A stretch of DNA of 64,000 bases. Source: the human T2T-CHM13v2.0 reference genome, Homo sapiens. This document shows positions 31,878 through 48,979 of this stretch, piece by piece. Both the position numbers and the translations under genes were made by a program. Positions within the stretch are counted from its first letter, which is position 1; each line of letters starts with the position of its first letter. The notes under the pieces are model-generated. The model searched no databases. It was not told where the DNA came from and worked only from the letters and a program-made list of their open reading frames with translations. Location of the stretch: NCBI RefSeq assembly GCF_009914755.1, contig NC_060926.1. One strand, written 5' to 3'.

Positions 31878-33317
31878 TGGACTCTTACATATAATAAGCT
31901 TGACTTATCGTACAACTTATAATTGATGCTTTCACGTCATGGGAAGATCAAATTAATGCAGAGAGCGACTACGTTTCTGGTGGGAGAGCAGCAGGGGTCT
32001 TGAGAGGAACAGCAGTGTTGACTGTTTCGCTACCTACTCTGGGTGCTGATTACATCTTTCTTTCGTGCAGGCAAATCCACTTGGAGCTATTTTGGGCTCA
32101 CTGCGGGCATCATTCTTTGTATACTCTGCTCCTTTCCCCCATAGTTTCTCTATTGATGGGGGATTACTAAAGAATGAAGAAAAGAACAAAATGAAAGTGG
32201 CTTTTGAAAAATTTTAAATGACTGTCACTATGTAACATATTCATTATTTCATGTCTCCACTGGACATTTTGGAGATGTGAGCCTTGCAATACCTACATGA
32301 ATGCTTCTATGATTATGATTATTGTTTTGCTCTTCGCCTAACAACTTGCCAAGTATTGTCAACCTCAGTGTGTGAGATGGGGTCCACTCAAACATCAGGG
32401 CCGAAGTCAGGTAGTTCAGTTAAGTGAATTTGATACCAGGAACTAGTTACAAAGGAGTTGGAAGGGCTGGAAAGCCAAACTGGAGAAGAAGGGGAACCCC
32501 AGAGTAACAATAGCAGGAAGCCTCTACCGTCTACCTCTAGAACTGGGGAGGAGCTGAGTTAACAGAGTCCTGGAGCCATTGCTGGGGAAGAAGAACCCCA
32601 ATTGCAGAGGAAAAGTGGCCATTGTGAAGAAGGTGATGGTGGAGAAGTCGTCTGAATCAAAGGGGAGAGGATATGTTGGCTCCTTTATCTTTTTATCTTT
32701 CATTGTCCTAATTCCTTCTGGGCATGGTTAAATGAGCCCAGGAAATGCAGTTGGCAGGAATCAGCTTCCTGTGACATAGACAGAGTAAGAGAAGGACAAA
32801 AATAATGAATCTGAGAGCAAGCAGGCAAATGACCAGCACATTAAGCCTAGCACACAGTATGTTATACGGGATTTGGGGTAGCAAAAGATGAAGGCAGGTC
32901 AGAGAAGCCACAACTAGGGGATGGGCAAGGTCAATGAGGTATGACGGGTATTGTATACAGGAAGAGGGTCATAAACAGGAGTGGAGTCAATACAGGAGAC
33001 TAACATATACACATCATAAATATTAGTAGAGAAGCATAAAATAGTCTCCTGGAGATCAGGGAAACAGGAAATTATAGGTTTTCAGGATAATTCAGCCATA
33101 TCCAGGAAACACACACAGTGAAGTAACAAAGAGTCAATAGGCTTAGAGTGGTACAATTCATTATGCACATGTAGGAATTCATTCCAAATAATAGGCTGAA
33201 ATGTAGACATGAGAATCCAAAAAAGATGTTTTCTTAGTTTTTGCCAATATCTTAGCTACGTTTTTTTTGGTTCAACAAAGTAAGTTAACAGTCATATCTG
33301 CTTGGAAATTGTATTTA

Positions 33318-33821
<504 letters not shown>

Positions 33822-34155
33822 TCATGATGGATTATAAAGAAAAGTTATAACTATTTGAATTTTCTGCTGATTTGAAGTCTCTATAAACAGTACATTCCTT
33901 TTTGGTACACAGAGGGCACTTATCTGCAAGAAAGGCAAAGAAAATGGAAAAGTTAATGAAAGAGGAATCATCCAATCCACGAACAGAATGAAACCACATA
34001 CACAGTGAAGAAACTTGTCTTACATTTTCTTCCTTATATTACTTATCATTCATGGTAGTGACTACTTTGGGGCTTGAGTAAAGCTTCTCTAATTTATTCC
34101 ATGTAGCATCATATGTGAAAAAGACAAATAGATACTTTAGACATGATAATAACAC

Positions 34156-34518
<363 letters not shown>

Positions 34519-34996
34519 TAACTAAATTGGAAATTATTCCTTGTTTTAAAGTAATTCAATTGAAAATTTTTAAATTTTTTTGTTAATCAAGCACTTTTTG
34601 GTGGAATCTAAATTAACACATGTAGGAGATGCCTGTTTCACTAATTACACAGGCATCTTGCAGTAATTAATGTCTGGGAGGAAGGAATGTCTTTTGCTTA
34701 CTCTCTTCTTCTTCACAAAAATGTGAATTTTGGAAAGCAATAATGGAAGCATGTAGAATTATAGAAATACAAATGTATATAACTATCACAAAAAAATGAG
34801 GCCAAAGGACTATTCAGATATAATTAGGCTATGGTAGCTGTAATTATCTAGGAAATTAATAAAATTCATTCACCTAGAAATTATTAGTGAGCATCAAATA
34901 TGTGTCAGCACTAGGCTAGGGTCTCAGAACGTACAGATAAATCATAGTTCTGGCTTCAGGGAGTTATATAGATTAGAGATAAAACCTAACTACAGG

Positions 34997-35306
34997 GGCT
35001 GGGCACGGTAGCTCATACCTGTAATCCCACCACTTTGGGAGGCCGAGGCGGGTGGATCGCCTGAGGTCAAGGAGTTTGAGACCAGCCTGGCCAACATGAT
35101 AAAATCCTGTCACTACTAAAAATACAAAAGTTAGCCGGGAGGTAGTATGTGCACCTGTAATCCCAGCTACTCGGGAGGCTGAGGCAGGAGAATCTCTTGA
35201 GCCTGCGGTGGAGGTTGTGGTGAGCTGAGATCACGACACTGCACTCCAATCTGGGCGAGAGAGTGAGACCCTATCTCAAAACCCCAAACAAAACAAACAA
35301 AAAAAC
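34997..35306 (+). mobile_element. AluS in an L2 remnant
   Basis: TSD AAACCTAACTACAGGG. Confidence 0.95.
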
Positions 35307-35781
35307 CAAACCTAACTACAGGGCTATGAGAGATGACTACTGGCAAGGAGCCACAGGTAGAACAAAGGGGATGTGTCCCCAGGCAAAGGGTAGTCAGCAA
35401 GCCTGCAACCTCAGGGTTCCCGGATCTGAGCCTCTGGCTCTTGGCTAGGCAGGCCCCAAGCGTTGGCCTCCTGCCATGGCAAGCTCCAGCCTGGTCTCCC
35501 ACCTTGAGCTAACATTCATATGTTGTAGACACAGCCACGCTTCCTGCTTACCTGTCACTTCCAGTTCTCGAAGGCACCCTTTTCAAATGAAAATCCGCCC
35601 CTTTTCACATCAAACAGCTCATCTGGTCCTGTGGATTACATTTCTCAGAAATGCCTCTGAACATTCGCCTCCTCTCCACCCCCACTGCCTCTGCTACAGT
35701 GCAGGTGCTCGCCATTTCTGATTTGTTCTGTCACACACTCGTTTATCAGGTCTCTCCATCTCCTGTTTTGACATGCTGTAA

Positions 35782-36450
<669 letters not shown>

Positions 36451-38827
36451 CTGAGGGAGTTTTAGAATTACAAGGCAAAGTCCAAACTTAGCACACAAAG
36501 TCATTCACATCAACTCTTCCCCTGTACACACCCTATGTCATAGCCAGAGTTGTAACCCATTTCTTAAACACCCAGGGTTCTTTTAAGTCTCTGTGTCATT
36601 GTATGTTATTTTCTCTAGAATTGCCTTTAACCTCCTTTCCACCCTGGAAAGCATTCCCTAAGCCATCTTTGAAGCTTTCTTTGATCTCTAACTTAGAGTC
36701 CTCCTCTCCTTCTAAAGCCCTGTGTTAATCACTTGTCATGGTGTACTTTAATTTTTACTTGCCTGTTTCTCTTTACGGTACTTTGACTTCAAAGGGTGGG
36801 GCTGCAAATTAGTCATCTCCTTAGAGTCCAGCCTTGTTCCTAGTTCCTAACTGGCACTTAATATAAACGAATGAATGAATGGACAAATGAAGAGAATGCT
36901 AGTTATGATAAAGAATTGGCCGTGTATGAGACTACTTCTCTTTATGAACTAAATAATTATATGCCTTTCAATAAAATACTAGTACACGTAGCTAGCACAA
37001 GCTCATCAGCATTTGAGATGATATGGAAACCAAAATAAACAAATGCTACCACAAAAACATAATGACTGCTTTCCCCAGTGCAGGACTGATGGAATCATCA
37101 AACATTGAGATTAATGTAATGTTTGGCAGATGTCCAGTGTTTTTATTTTTCATTTGCCTTTGTGTTCATTTATGGACTAACAATATAATAAACACACACA
37201 TACTCACAGTACATCTTTTTTTTTTTTTTTTTTTTGCAAAGCCCAGTTTTCTTCATCGCATATCTTTGTTTTCTTCAAGTATCCCCTTACTTAATGTTGG
37301 TAGTATTTTTTTTAATGAAATATAAATCCCTAACCACCAAGCAAGAAATGAGACTCTTAATTGCATCAGTTTACAGTGCAATGTGAGTGTAAATAGTGTA
37401 AATTGAATTTTTAATGGACTTTTTTTTTTCCCGTTTTTGCTTGCCTTACATTCATTATCCCTCCCTGGGTAATAAACATTTATTTTTCCCTTTGTAACCA
37501 CTCCTCCCCTTCTGTCCATGTGGTTCTTTTTAGTGGAGCTGGTGGTAGGGATGTGGCATGAGATTCAAGCTTGGCCACCTGGAGTCACTGTGTTGTGCTC
37601 CAGAAGGACACCTGATCCAAGTCAGCCAGTAAGAGTGAGCCCCAGGATTTTTGCTTGGACCACTGAGGAAAAGTGTACTCTGCCCTGTGGCTGATCAACC
37701 ATTAGGATATAAGCCATTGTTGTAGCTGTGTGAGTCAAGCTACCTGAGAATGAGGACAACACAGTGGCAAGCAACACCAAGAGAGAAAAAGAGGCAGATT
37801 CTGATGACATTTTTGAGCCTTTGCATCCAGCTATGCCTGAATCCAATTTATCCCCTGGAATTTACACTTACTTGAGCTCCACCCACTTGAAAGAAAACAT
37901 TTCTTTTTATTCTTAGCCTGATTTGAATTTGGCCTCTCTCATTTACTACCCAAAGTGTCTTGACCACTAGAATATTATGCCAGACTTTACAGCATCATTG
38001 AATTTGCCACTTTCCAGAAGAGTTGTGTGAATTTTCAATGTAGCTTTTACCTTCTATGAGTATCTAGAGATATATTTAAGTAGAAGTACTCCACTAGTTT
38101 GTTGTGAGATCTTAAGTCACTTAATTTCTCTGTACCCTAGTTCCCTCATTTGCTAGACCTAGGGAGCTATAATGTTCCTTCTGCAAAATTCTTATTTTGT
38201 GAAATATTCTAGAATGTCTAACTGATACACTGCTAGAACAACTGACTGCTATTTAAGAAGAGTTGACTGCTATTTAAGGATCATAATTCTCTAGGCATAA
38301 GTGCTGTGACGGCACAGCGTGTGCATCGGGGCTGAGGGGTGGGGTGGAGCAGAAAGTAGGAGGAGAAAGTTTGATAAACTTCCTTTTGGATAAATTGAAA
38401 ACAGTCAAATAATTTATAATTTCTTATATTATCATTATTAGCTTCTTCTATAATTAGGAGACTTGTTCCAAAATGTGAGAATTGTCACAAGTTGTCAAAT
38501 TCATCAAAGGAAGAAAATGGATGTCTCACAAAAAAGTATGCTCAGTCCAATTTCTTCTCGTCACACTGGAACAAACTGAACAGTTTTACACAGAGATGAG
38601 AAGCCTGGACATTTTTCAAATATGTTTTGAAGAGAATGGCAATGCCTGAGACAGAAGTAGGAAAAAGCAATGAATATTTAAAAATCTGAGCTGGTGTAAA
38701 ACTAGAAATAGTTTTAGTAAGAACAATGTGATGTGCTACACTAAGTGAAATGTATACATTGGGCCACATTATAATCAAAAATAAGAATGTACTTTTATTC
38801 ATCTTTTATTTAAACAATAATCAAGGT

Positions 38828-39132
38828 GGCGGGCGCGGTGGCTCATGCCTGTAATCCCAGCACTTTGGGAGGCCAAGGTGGGTGGATCATGAGGTCAGGA
38901 GTTCAAGACCAGCCTGGACAACGTGGTGAAACCCCGTCTCTACTAAAAATACAAAAATTAGCTGGGTGGGGTGGCATATGCCTGTAATACCAGCTGCTCG
39001 GGGGGCTGAGGCAGGAGAATCGCTTGAACTTGGGAAGTGGAGGTTGCAGTCAGCCAAGATTGTGCCATTGCGCTCCAGCCTGGGTGACAGAGCAAGAGAC
39101 TCTGTCTCAAAAGGAAAAAAGAAAAAAAAAAA
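38828..39132 (+). mobile_element. AluS (left member of inverted pair)
   Basis: TSD AATCAAGGT. Confidence 0.95.
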
Positions 39133-39214
39133 ATCAAGGTACCATTTGTACCATTTCCTGGAATTTCTCCAAAGTGGCAAGGTCACATGTTTATACATTA
39201 GACTCCCAGTTTAA

Positions 39215-39499
<285 letters not shown>

Positions 39500-39987
39500 T
39501 CCACCCTTCCTTCTTTTCTCCCTTCCATCCTTCTCCCTTTTATTCCATTTTTCTAAATATTAGACCATAGTACAAATCAAAAGTCACAAACTGATAGGCT
39601 GCAATGTAGATACAGCTGGGAAAATGTTTTGTTTGCAGAACACTGGGGAAATTTAACATGAAAAACTGGAAGATCTCAATCCACATGGCCACATGGTAAT
39701 ATTATTAATGTTGCAGGGGCTTTCCAATTCAACATGTCCTCTGCATCCCTACTATTTATACTGCCACTCATCCACCTTTCTGTATTACTGGCCTATCACC
39801 TATACACGTTTGAGTTTATATTCTTCTGGCTTTACTTAGCAACTTACCTTTTATATTTAACATTACAACATGGTATTATCAATTAGTATTCGATTCAGTT
39901 GCATATAACCAAAAATGCCAAATTATACTGGCTTAAACACTAAGGATTTATTTTTCTGTCATATAAAACAAGTCTGGAGGTGGGTAG

Positions 39988-40346
<359 letters not shown>

Positions 40347-40482
40347 CTATTTATCTTTTATAGGACATGGCTTCCAGTCTCAAGTTCAGTTTGTCACCCA
40401 TAATGGCCAAAGAGCAGTAGTCACCTTACCTGTTTCAGGCAGGAAGGGCGGAGGGCAAGAAACAAAATGGTGCTCCTCCTGA

Positions 40483-40847
<365 letters not shown>

Positions 40848-41559
40848 AAGCTACTTCTACTTATATCTCATTGGTCATAACTTGATCACACAGCCACATC
40901 CAGCTACAATGGAGATTGAGAAATGTAGTCTTTTGGCTGGGTACACAGCATCTGAATAAAATCCAGGCATTGTTACTAAGGAAGAAGGAGTAAGTGTCAA
41001 TCTCTGCTCCATAACTCTCTAGGTTAATACACACAGATGGAGGAGATTGCTAGTTGCCCCTCAAGATCCAGCCTTGCCTTCTGGGCTAAGAAAGCCCCTG
41101 AGATTTACCTGGCCATAGTGGCACTGGGAACAAACAATGTATTTCTAAATCTTCTGATTTTAAAATCTTTCAGAATCACGATTTCTCCGACATCAGTATT
41201 TTTATGTCTTTAGAATTCAACAAAATGAAATTCCTAAGTCTAATATATGTGAATATTAAGTTTTAGCAGATACTGCTACATAACTTTCCAGAAGGGTGTG
41301 GCAATTCACATCTCCACCAGTGATCAGCATGTTCATTTTCCATACAGCTCTGGATATTTTGTCTATTTTAAAATATCTTCTTCTAATCTATAATTTAAAA
41401 ATGTAACTTAGTAGGAATTTAATTGTTCATGTAACCAAATCTTCCCATTAATGGCTATGGGTTTCTTCTTTTACTTCAGAAAGTCCTCCCCACCTTCAGA
41501 GTATATAAACATTTTTTTCTAAATTCCCTTCTAATTTCTTATAATTTATAGTTTTATTT

Positions 41560-42020
41560 TTGTTATTTGATTCATTTATTCTCTCAACAGATATTTATTG
41601 AGCACTTATTATACGTCAGGCTCTCTTCAAACTCTGGTGAGAGTATTTTCTAACTGGGAGAGACAACCCTAGTTGATAAGAAACAAACAAACCAATAAGT
41701 AAATAAGACATTTCCCCCAGATAATTAATACTTGGTGACGGGGGAAGACAGTGAGACAGGCTACTTTACACTGGCAGGTCAGGAAAGGCTTCTCTGAGGA
41801 GGCAAGTGATTCAGGATTAATTGATGACTGGTGGAGAAGTCCGGGGAGTGGACACAGGTGGGAACAGCCTGGTGGGTGTGAACAGCAACAAGAAGGTTAA
41901 TGTGGCTTCATGGAACAGGGTGAAGATGAGACAAGCTGAACACTGAGGTGGGCACCAGAACATGGAGGGCTTTGTAGGTCCCAATAAGGAGTATGGATTT
42001 TATTGTATACTGGAGATTTG
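41560..42020 (-). mobile_element. L2 3' remnant
   Basis: TTCATTTATTC...CAACAGATATTTATTGAGCACTTA. Confidence 0.7.
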
Positions 42021-42219
42021 TCATCCATCTAGAATCTGTTTTTATATATAAGAAAAGGTGTATATGTTTGCGCAAGTGTGTGTGTGTGTGTTTGGGGGGG
42101 CGGGGTGGGGGCAGACAGGGCGTAACTTTTCTTTAAATTAGAGTCAAAATTTAATTAAACTATTCATTCTTTACAGGCAGTGAGGGGATTAGGATCTTAT
42201 CCCACAGAATCTCACCTCA

Positions 42220-42985
<766 letters not shown>

Positions 42986-43006
42986 TATCCATAAACAATT
43001 TATTTA

Positions 43007-43357
<351 letters not shown>

Positions 43358-44640
43358 TTATTTCTCATAGTTCTGCAAGCTGAGAAGTCCAAGATCAAGA
43401 TGTGAGCAGATCCACCTTTGGTGAAGGGCTGCTTTCCATTTGATAGATGGCTGTCTTCTTGTGTCCTCACATGGTGGAAAGGGTGAGGCAGTTTTTTGAG
43501 GTCTCTTTTAAAAGAGAACTAATCCCATTCATGTGGGGGTCTGCCCTCATGACCTAATCACTTTCCAAAGGCCCCACTTCCTAATACCATCACCCTGGGG
43601 GTTAAATTTTCAACACACAAATTGGTTGGAGAGTGAGCGAACATAGACATTCAGTCTATAGCCCCCAGGGATGTAGCCACTGAATAAAATAATCTAGAAC
43701 TTCATCTAGAGGCAGTTTATAAGTCACATAAGAAAACCAGTTTTACTTATAGTCACATAAAACTTTTGATAAAAAACAACCCTAGTTGATAAGCCATTTG
43801 TTTACTGGACTTGGCTCTGAAGAAATGACTTTTGGCTAATCCTCAAAATGAAATCTACTCACAGAGGGCAAGATCTGCCACCAGTGAAGATGTTTAAAAC
43901 AATGTGCTGTAGGCTTTGAAGGCAAGTCTAAAGAAGAGCTTCTAAAAATATTTTGCACAATGGTAGCATTAAAAGAGTAGGCACATGGGCCCCAAGATAA
44001 CATCTGTGAAGAGGAGGACCAGTGTGTGTTTCCTTTTGTATGTTTAAGTACTAAGTCAGTGATTACTTTATAATTAAACCATATTCCTCTTGATCTGTCC
44101 ATAATAAGGTCACTCTGTAATTTATAATAGGCTTCTTACCAAATTCAAGCTTTACAACAACCCTATAGGTTAAATATTCCTGTGAATTTTATAGATGAAG
44201 AAACAGAGTAAGTGAAAGAGTTCATACTCAATTCAAGTCTCTTGAGTCTAAAATCAGTGCTCTCTCTACATAAGAAGTTAGTTGCTAAGATCACACAACT
44301 TGAGAAGAGAGAAGACAGTTTTCACAGTCCCTCCCCTCTGACCACTAGGCTGCTTGGGGTACTTTTACAACTTACCTGCTCTGAATTAAGGCTCTCTGTG
44401 AATCTGATTCATCTGCCAATTTGCAAACAGTCAGCCCTGTAGTACGTACCTAAGTTGATTTTTAAAATACTATTTCTCATCTTAAAATAATGGAAATTGA
44501 GTGACATAAATTTCCTGGACACTTTTTAAGATCCAAAGACAATTTGCTAATTTGTCGTTACAATTAAAGAGCCCCCCAAAAGGCGTAAGAACTGGATTTT
44601 GACTTGGACTTCTGTTCCTTAGTTTCTTTAACATATTGGG

Positions 44641-44951
44641 GGCCGGGAGTGGTGGCTCACACCTGTAATCCCAGCACTTTGGGAGGCCGAGGCGGGCAGA
44701 TCACGAGGTCAGGAGATTGAGACCATCCTGGCTAACACAGTGAAACCCCGTCTCTACAAAAAATACAAAAAAAAAAAAAAAAATTAGCCGGGTATGGTGG
44801 CGGGCGCCTGTAGTCCCAGCTACTCAGGAGGCTGAGGTAGGAGAATGGCATGAACCCAGGAGGCAGAGCTTGCAGTGAGCCGAGATCGCACTACACTGCA
44901 CTCCAGCCTGGGCGACAGAGCAAGATTCCATCTCAAAAAAAAAAAGAAAAA
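44641..44951 (+). mobile_element. AluY
   Basis: GAGATTGAGACCATCCTGGCTAACAC and GAATGGCATGAACC; expanded middle A tract. Confidence 0.93.
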
Positions 44952-45694
44952 GATATTGGGAAAACTCACTTAAACTCTATGGGCTTCTGTACCACTAAGG
45001 CTTCTCAAATTTGATGCAAGTAATGGGAACTTGCTGTGGCTAACTTGAGCCACAGGAGAAGGATACTGCAAGACTCACAAATGCTTGAAAGTTTCGGAAC
45101 AGGTTTGGAAATGGGTAAGAACCAAGGACCGGGTTGACCTGAACTGAAAGGAAATTGAGGTGCTATTAGGGACAAATATGAAATGAAGGATGAACTGTCT
45201 CTGACATCCTTTGCTTCTGTGTTTGGAGATGAGTAAGCAGGGAGTGGGTGCATATGCAAACAGGGTGGTCAGAAATGCTTTGGCCGGATGTGTGACTGAA
45301 GGCTATGTGCAGCTGAGGAAGGCTGGGCCACCACAGTAGCAGAGAGGCTGACCAATTTGGCATGCAGCAAGCAGGAAGTAGAAGGGATCTTAAGCAAGCA
45401 AAGTGTTTGGGTAGACAAGATTATGAGGAATGAGCACCAATGACATTTCCAACAAGCACTGAAAGCTTCCAAATGCTTCTAACAGTTACTGCCTGTACAA
45501 ACACAGGACAGTCTTGACTATGTGAGACTGTGACAGTTTCCTCATGCCTATGAAATGAGAGACAGTACTTAGCACTGACATGAGCTTCATATTTGAAGGC
45601 AGCAAACTACTGAACCACATGTAGCTTCCGAAATCAAAAGATGCAAACTGGCAGACCACAGGTCAGATATGACATGCAGAAAAAAATTAGTTAC

Positions 45695-46052
45695 TATCTT
45701 AGCCTAGTTTGTGCTGCTTACAGAATATCAGAGACTGGGTACTTTATAGAGAACACAAATTATTTTTCATAGTTTTAGAGGCTGGGAAGTCCAAGATCAA
45801 AGGGCCATCATCTCGTGAAGGCGTCCCTGCTGTGTCAAAACATGGTGGAAGGCATCACATGGGCAAAAGAGAGAGAGGGAAGCGGGGGCAAACTCCTTTT
45901 TATCAGGCACCCAGTCCTGTGATTCATTCATGAAGACAGTGTCCTCCTGGCCTAATCACCTCTTAAAGCTCCCACCTCTCAGCACTGTTGCACTGGAAAT
46001 TATATTTCTCACACATGAACTTTGGGGAACACATTCAAACCATTACAGTTAC
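45695..46052 (-). mobile_element. MLT1A/MST-type LTR inserted in a MER103-like element (about 45640-46255)
   Basis: GAGGCTGGGAAGTCCAAGATCAA...ACATTCAAACCATT. Confidence 0.75.
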
Positions 46053-47549
46053 CAAAGATAAAAATGCAGATTTCAGATTTCTCTTGGGGAAGAAAAAAGG
46101 CTCTGGCAATACCAGGGCTGTATTTCCACATGGCAACAGTTGTCTGTTGCCTTCTGTTGGGTTGTGGGCTCTCACATTGCCATACCCTCCTCATGGCCCC
46201 CTTCACTCATAACAGTACCTGCCTAGACCTCGAAGCACTAGTTTCCAACCCTGCTTGAGTTAACTACTTCCATGACAACTGTGCAAGGCCAGAGTGTGGG
46301 CAGCTACCTTGAGGGCCACCGGCATGGGCTGCCCAAGTGACCGAGGGCACTAACCTCTGCTCTCGAAACTTCTTTGGTAGGATCTCTTCACTCCTGACTT
46401 ACTACTTGTAACTGCTGGAAACAACCATTTATTCTACCCCTACTAAACCACATCTGTCTTTTCTGTCAGAGCCAATCTTCAAGCATATGCTTCCTCAAAA
46501 GACTTTAATTACCAGGTAGTAGAAGCGGCAGCAAAGAGTCCCCATCTAGCATCTTCTAAAATGTAGTGGAGAAACCAACGACAACGAATCTGAGACAACC
46601 AGTTGTTTGACTTCTCTGAAAACAACCTCTAAAAAAAGCCTTCTCTCGTGAATAGCTGCAGACATGCTGGGCACTAATTGATGATGATGCCCTTTAGTGA
46701 GTCTCCTCTGCACATACCTGATTCCATTTGGATGCTGGCCCTCACATACTTCTATCTGCGAACTCCGGAACACAGAATATCATACAATGTATGATTCAAT
46801 CTGGACTCTGCTGGAGCCATTCTCTACAAAGCAGACACAACTTTTTCTTGCCTAAATCCTTTCAAGTTGCTTTATTTTTATTTTTAAACTAATTACCATA
46901 AATCTAATTTATCAAGCTGCTTTTAAGATAAACTTTAAAATGCTTAGAGCAGTCTACAAATTCTTGCACTGTTTCACTCTTCCTTATCTCTCAGTCTTCA
47001 TCTCCCATTGCATCTTCTCTGACTCTTTCATATGGATCTTCTTTCAATTTGTGGAAGAAGCCAAGCTTGTTCCTGCCTCAGGTCCTTGACACTTGCTGTT
47101 CACTCTCCTGGGAGACTCTTCCCCCCATCTTAGCTTTTAAATACCAGCTGGTCAGACTCCTTACCTGCCTTCCACCTTCCTCTCATTCTCCCACTCCTCG
47201 CCTTCATTTCTCAGAGTCCTCCGCTCTCTTCTTTCTATTGCTCTTAACACAATTTGTCTGTTTTCCGCTAATCTGTAAACTCTACAAGAGCACTTAACTA
47301 TTTTGCATCCCACCGAATATTCGGAGTCAGCACAGACCCCGTCATAATAGAGTAGGTAAGCAATGCTTACCTGTCAAATGAATGAATGAAACACCCGATT
47401 CATCCCCCAAGCCAGCTTAATACATTAGATGATCTTATGGACTGAATAAGACATCCCTCCTTTTAAAGAATATTTTTGTTTTAGCTTCACATCAGCAAAC
47501 CCCGAACGGTTCATCCTAAGATAAGCCTGGTAGAGAGGAAAGATACTAA

Positions 47550-47872
47550 CCTTCTAGGGTCCTAAAGTGGAACTAGGAACTTATTAGATATGCACATTCT
47601 CAGGCATTATTTCCGATAGCCCAGTCAGAGAATTCTGGGGGTATGGCCCAGCAATCTGTTTTAACAAACCTTTCAGGTAATTCTGATACACACTAAAGTT
47701 TGAAAGGTTTCTTTAAGGCTTTCCAGTTTTCTTTTCTTTTTTGGAGGGATGGGGGGGGGGTCTCCCCATGTTGCCCAGGCTGGTCTCGAACTCCTAGCCT
47801 CAAGCTATCCTATCCTCCCACCTCGGCCTTCCAAAGCATTGAAATTACAGGCATGACCCACTGCGGCTCGCC
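47550..47872. mobile_element. MER5A (about 47550-47705) and Alu monomer (about 47726-47872,-)
   Basis: GCCCAGCAATCTGTTTTAACAA...CTAAAGTTTGA; single Alu arm. Confidence 0.75.
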
Positions 47873-48749
47873 TCCGTTTCTAACTTAAAAAAATTTTCTT
47901 TGGAGGGGAGCCTTAATCCTTTCTATTATCCTGCTAGTAGAATCTTACTACTCCTGAGGGTAATCTTTGTCATAATCCAAAAGCCTTGAATAAAGGCCTA
48001 TTTGTATAGTTATGCAGAATATATTCCTGGGAGGTTTGCCTTCCTAGGAGCACAGGTCGGCCCTGGGAGGTGGGGGTTGGGGGGCAGGGCTGCATTCTAA
48101 AGTCCTGTAACAACGCACAAGTACAACTGAATAGAACTCGGAACAAAGGCATCAGGGCCACGGTGCAAGTCTTTGTTCATCCGTTCCCCGACTGCTCACC
48201 CTGTCTGATACCGCTCTTTTCCACCCAGAAAAGCAGCCACTCAAGTTTTAAGAATGGATGTATGCCGCGGACGTTTTCGATTAGGCCGTTTTCTCTCAGG
48301 CACTGGAGGATATTCGTGGCTGCAGGAGGCGCTTCCACCCTTTCCTCAACCTAGCAAAGAAGTAACTGAAACTAACCCAAGGGTTACAACCGAAAAGCCC
48401 CTTCCAGCTTCAGAAGCAGAACTGGAAGCTCGGATAGACTTCTCCGCCTCTACACTCCTGGAAAACCCGCAGTGGATTTCACCAACTTCAGGATCGGAGC
48501 CCAGGCAGGCGAACGTACCTTATTGCGCATGCTCGCTAGCCCCTCCCGCTCGGAGCGGAAGGGGGAGCGCTGGGGGCCTGGGCCTGGCCTGGCCGGGGCG
48601 TCGGCACCGGCGGCCATCTTGGCTTCCCGGGGAAAGGCGGCGTGAGGGGAAGAAGTTGTAGGGTGGGGGCAGGAGTGAGGAGGAGGGAAGAGAGAGGGGG
48701 AGGAGGCCGCGGCGGGGCAGGGCGGGGACTGCCTGCCTGCCTGGGTTGC

Positions 48750-48935
48750 GGAAGTGATAGCCGCCGACCGAGCCTGCTGCTTTCTTGCTACTGCTTCGGC
48801 TTCCCGGCTACCCCCCGGACGGTGAAGGCGGCCCAGCTGTGGATGGTCAGATAGCCCTTGTCTCCCGCCGCCAATCTCTGGCCCCTAGCAGCACGGAGCA
48901 GACGGCGGCAGCAGCAGCAGCAGGCGAGGAGGAAG
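48750..48935 (+). other. ACTR3: ACTR3 5' UTR (exon 1), TSS approximate
   Basis: GC-rich leader directly upstream of the ATG and downstream of GC boxes and an ETS site. Contains (GCA)5 at 48908-48922 and a 3-codon uORF. The start coordinate is inferred, not visible. Confidence 0.65.
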
Positions 48936-48979
48936 ATGGCGGGACGGCTGCCGGCCTGTGTGGTGGACTGTGGCACGGG
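48936..48979 (+). CDS. ACTR3: ACTR3 (actin-related protein 3, Arp2/3 complex), coding part of exon 1 (44 nt, phase-2 intron follows)
   Basis: ATG GCG GGA CGG CTG CCG GCC TGT GTG GTG GAC TGT GGC ACG GG|gtaag translates to MAGRLPACVVDCGTG, the Arp3 N-terminus with the actin-family phosphate-1 loop (DxGxG). Strong Kozak context (GAAGATGG). The paralogue ACTR3B starts MAGSLPP, so ACTR3 is preferred. Confidence 0.97.

Noticed and set aside
32368-32830. Possible ancient LTR element
   Set aside because: It looks LTR-like, but I could not assign a family or boundaries with confidence.
38243-38278. TGACTGCTATTTAAG direct repeat (also a degenerate duplication of about 41 bp at 28039-28112)
   Set aside because: Ordinary slippage-type micro-duplications with no supporting functional signal.
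48936-48979. Assignment to ACTR3B/ACTR3C or a processed pseudogene
   Set aside because: The peptide matches ACTR3 (MAGRLPAC), and the intact intron donor and CpG island show this is the source gene.
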